Source of the DNA: Selaginella moellendorffii
Lineage: Eukaryota > Plantae > Lycopodiophyta
Assembly: GCF_000143415.4 (NCBI RefSeq)
Contig: NW_003314321.1
Coordinates: 186,001 to 250,000, forward strand
Direction: 5' to 3'
Length of the DNA: 64,000 nucleotides
Position 1 is the stretch's first letter; every line of letters begins with the position of its first letter. Shown one piece after another: positions 61,587-64,000 of this stretch. The translations under genes were made by a program, and so were the position numbers. Under the pieces are notes generated by a model. It was given only the letters and a program-made list of their open reading frames with translations, was not told the DNA's origin and ran no database searches.

Positions 61587-62051
61587 TCATTTCACTTTTC
61601 GTTTTATATGCTTCTGAGTGTTCTTCTTGCAATACTGCCCATAGTACTCTTGTGTCTCCATTTCTGTCTTTACCATCTCAAAAAAGATTTCATGGTAGTC
61701 TTTCGGGTGCGTGATGTTGCAGTGTGTCGCAAGAGCATATATACCATCATACTGATCATTGCCATTGTTTCCACCAGACGCTAGAAAACATATGGGGCAC
61801 TTCTTGAAAGTGGCAGAATTGCACTTTTCTAAAACAAGTAAAAGGGCATTCTTTTTCACCCAATTTGTTGCACCCTTTGTTATTGCATTTATCTCCAACT
61901 CATGATCACTATCCTCACTATCCTCTCTTTCATTTTCTTGTGTGATTTGGTTATGCTATGCAATGGGATAGTTATTGCATTTCCTAGCCCTTGAGCCCTG
62001 GGAAGAAAGATTGTGAGAGTTAAAATTACCAACACTAGAACCCATAGACAT
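61587..62051 (-). pseudogene. Second zf-XS-like cargo ORF with one premature TAG
   Basis: ATG at 62051 is in frame, with a single TAG at 61958-61956, then KCPIC..YDGIYALATHCNITH..YH. Confidence 0.55.
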
Positions 62052-63030
62052 TTGTGGGTGTATTTCCCTTTTTTCGAATGAGAGTGTGAATGAAGATCTA
62101 TAAATTCTAGACAGTATGCTACAACAAACCCCTCAAGAATGTATTCTACAAAGAACCAAGTCTTTCTTTTATATGCAATAAGCTTACATCAATGATTATT
62201 TTTTTTCCTTTCAAACGGTTATATGGCTTCATATAGAATCTTATTTCAAATTTAATAATTTTTTAATTCTGACAAACCTAACAACATTTACTAGTCAGAA
62301 AGCATAGAGTACAAATTTAAAGAAGTGACAAGAATACTCTTTTTGCAAACATTTTATTTTATGTTCTAACAAATGTCTCTATCATTGCATGTAGTAAATA
62401 TTTAAATTATTAGAACAAAAAGTGTTCTTTAGAACATTTTTATCTATATAATATATAGAGAGTTATTAAATTATTAGGTTCGCCATAACCTTAAAATTTT
62501 AAAATTTATAATGTTGGTACTAAATTACAATTGAAAATTGAGCTCAACTCGTGAGCTCAACTCTTCAACTCGTGAGCTCAAGTATGGTCCGCGCCCATTT
62601 CCACACTGAATCTACCAATCCTTCTATTGTGTAAACTAGCTATTCCATGTGAGGCAACTAGTCATCCACCTGTACCGCAGTCTCACGGTGCATACTTTCG
62701 TCTATGGATACTCCACACAAGAGGAAGGACGTATGTATGGATGCCCAATGCGTACGATTTCAAATTTAGGGGTAAGAATATATCTTGTTCAAGGGTATAT
62801 TATATTTTTAAGTAGTCATTAATCAATGGGAATCAAACCCTTGCCATTTGCTTCGATACCAACTGTAGCGCACCTTATCGCTCTCCCCTTAAGCTAACTG
62901 GAAAAAGGGCAATTGCTTGATGAGAGAGCCTTTAGTGGCTATTTTATCCCCATTTATCCCCCAAGGTTCCAAGTATCCACAGTGACAGTATATCCAAATC
63001 TCATTCCATAATCACATATGCTACATTTCC

Positions 63031-63768
63031 ATTGAGTAAAAAACCTTTTAAATAAACCACGTACCATGAGATGGGGAAATTAGACTAAACTAAATCATCC
63101 ATTATACTCCCTAAGTGGACGATGATAGGAGTTGTAATATTGTTGTTGTCCCACTTGTATGCACATTAAGTGTTCAATAGACTTTGCTTGGACAAATGGA
63201 AGAATGTTCGTCAAATATTAATCCCATGACTTAGCATTAGCAACTCGTGGTAATTGTGAAGGTAAACCTAGCTCCATTGGGAATATTGGATCATGACCAT
63301 ATATGAGTTTATATGGTGAAGCACCAACAAAACTTTGCACCCCTGTGACATATGCATACCACAGAGACGGCAAATAACCATTCTAATCCGAATGTTGAAA
63401 ATTCACATACTTCGCAATCATTCCTTTGAATGTCTAAATGAGCCATTCCACTAAACTATTTAAAGTGTGGCATATCCCCAACCGAGACGTCAAAATATGA
63501 AATACCTCAACCATAAATGTGGGACCATTATCCAAAAAATTTACTCTAGATAAGAATGCTAGAAAACCACTCAATTGAGGAGGAAGTATCCAATAACAGT
63601 TGTATAAGCATTAGTAAAAGCACCAACTTCCACTTAACGAGTTAAATAGTCAAAAACAATAATAATATATTCATTGCTAACAATTGATCATGGAAAAGGT
63701 CCTATAAGATCAAACACCACTAACTCAAACAAATGAAAAACTACAATTGACTCCAACCATCCTTTCAT
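63031..63768 (-). mobile_element. Highly decayed gypsy-type integrase relic (probably continues left of 50282)
   Basis: Minus strand: VVFDLIGPFP, DNGPTF, LVEWLI*TFKGMI, ASPYKLIYGHDP. Many stops. Confidence 0.7.
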
Positions 63769-63908
63769 TATAGCATATGTGATCATGGAATGAAATTTAA
63801 ATATACTATCACCGTGAATCCTTGGAACCTTGGGGGATAAATGAGGATAAAATACCCACTAAAGGCTCTCTCACAAACAAGTATCCTTTTTTCCAGTTGA
63901 CTTAAAAG
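63769..63908 (+). repeat. Third, inverted and truncated copy of the TRIM LTR
   Basis: Reverse complement of about 62887-63025, e.g. CTTGGAACCTTGGGGGATAAAT..CCACTAAAGGCTCTCTCA. Confidence 0.88.
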
Positions 63909-64000
63909 CTCTATTTCATTAAAGTGGGAATTGTCATTATCCCACTTGTAAAATAAGGTTTCCAAACTTTTATATAGTATATAAATATAACAAAATTTAA

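Larger units (their letters stand above)
50539..62595. mobile_element. 12-kb Mutator-like DNA transposon (MULE) with cargo genes
   Basis: 9-bp TSD CATTTCCAC at 50530-50538 and 62596-62604. GG..CC ends. Imperfect TIRs built on GAGTTGAGCTCAATT. Internal DDE+SWIM transposase. Confidence 0.9.
50287..63025 (-). mobile_element. TRIM-like non-autonomous LTR element (162-bp LTRs) hosting a nested MULE
   Basis: LTRs at 50287-50448 and 62864-63025 (about 20/162 mismatches). TSD TTTCC at 50282-50286 and 63026-63030. Minus-strand PBS TGGTATCGAAGC (62861-62850) and PPT AAGGGGGGTGAG (50460-50449). Only about 350 bp of internal sequence once the MULE is removed. Confidence 0.9.

Noticed and set aside
50287-63025. 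LTR retrotransposon encoding a DDE transposase instead of gag-pol
   Set aside because: The internal 12 kb has its own 9-bp TSD and TIRs, so it is a nested DNA transposon.

Overview
Eukaryotic, gene-dense plant genomic DNA with very short (~50-60 bp) GT-AG introns. It looks like a non-seed land plant, most likely the lycophyte Selaginella; this is an inference, not proven. Left to right: (1) a decayed Ty3/gypsy pol, then an EamA/DMT transporter gene. (2) A ~6.3-kb tandem duplication (5778-16535 / 16588-22899). Each unit carries two alpha2delta/CACHD1-like VWA-in-Cache type-I membrane genes (one apparently intact, one pseudogene) and a B12D/NDUFA4-like gene. In unit 1 that gene is interrupted by a Ty1/copia element plus a nested solo LTR. 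(3) A housekeeping block: complex I PSST, MMTAG2-like, VQ protein, ABCI ATPase, GINT1, CYP710, a bulb-lectin gene, an At2g44870-like plastid protein, KCS, GRIK/SnAK kinase and WDR48. (4) A three-level transposon nest (gypsy relic > TRIM > 12-kb Mutator-like element). The MULE is the most unusual object. Besides a DDE/SWIM transposase it carries a divergently transcribed, spliced gene for a ParB/Srx-like domain fused to a bacterial-type beta-class N6/N4 DNA amino-methyltransferase fold. It also carries two small zf-XS-like (SGS3/IDN2-type) zinc-finger ORFs and several tandem-repeat arrays, making it a candidate transposon-borne epigenetic/anti-silencing module. This copy is mutationally decayed. 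All calls are by eye from motifs; no database search was run.
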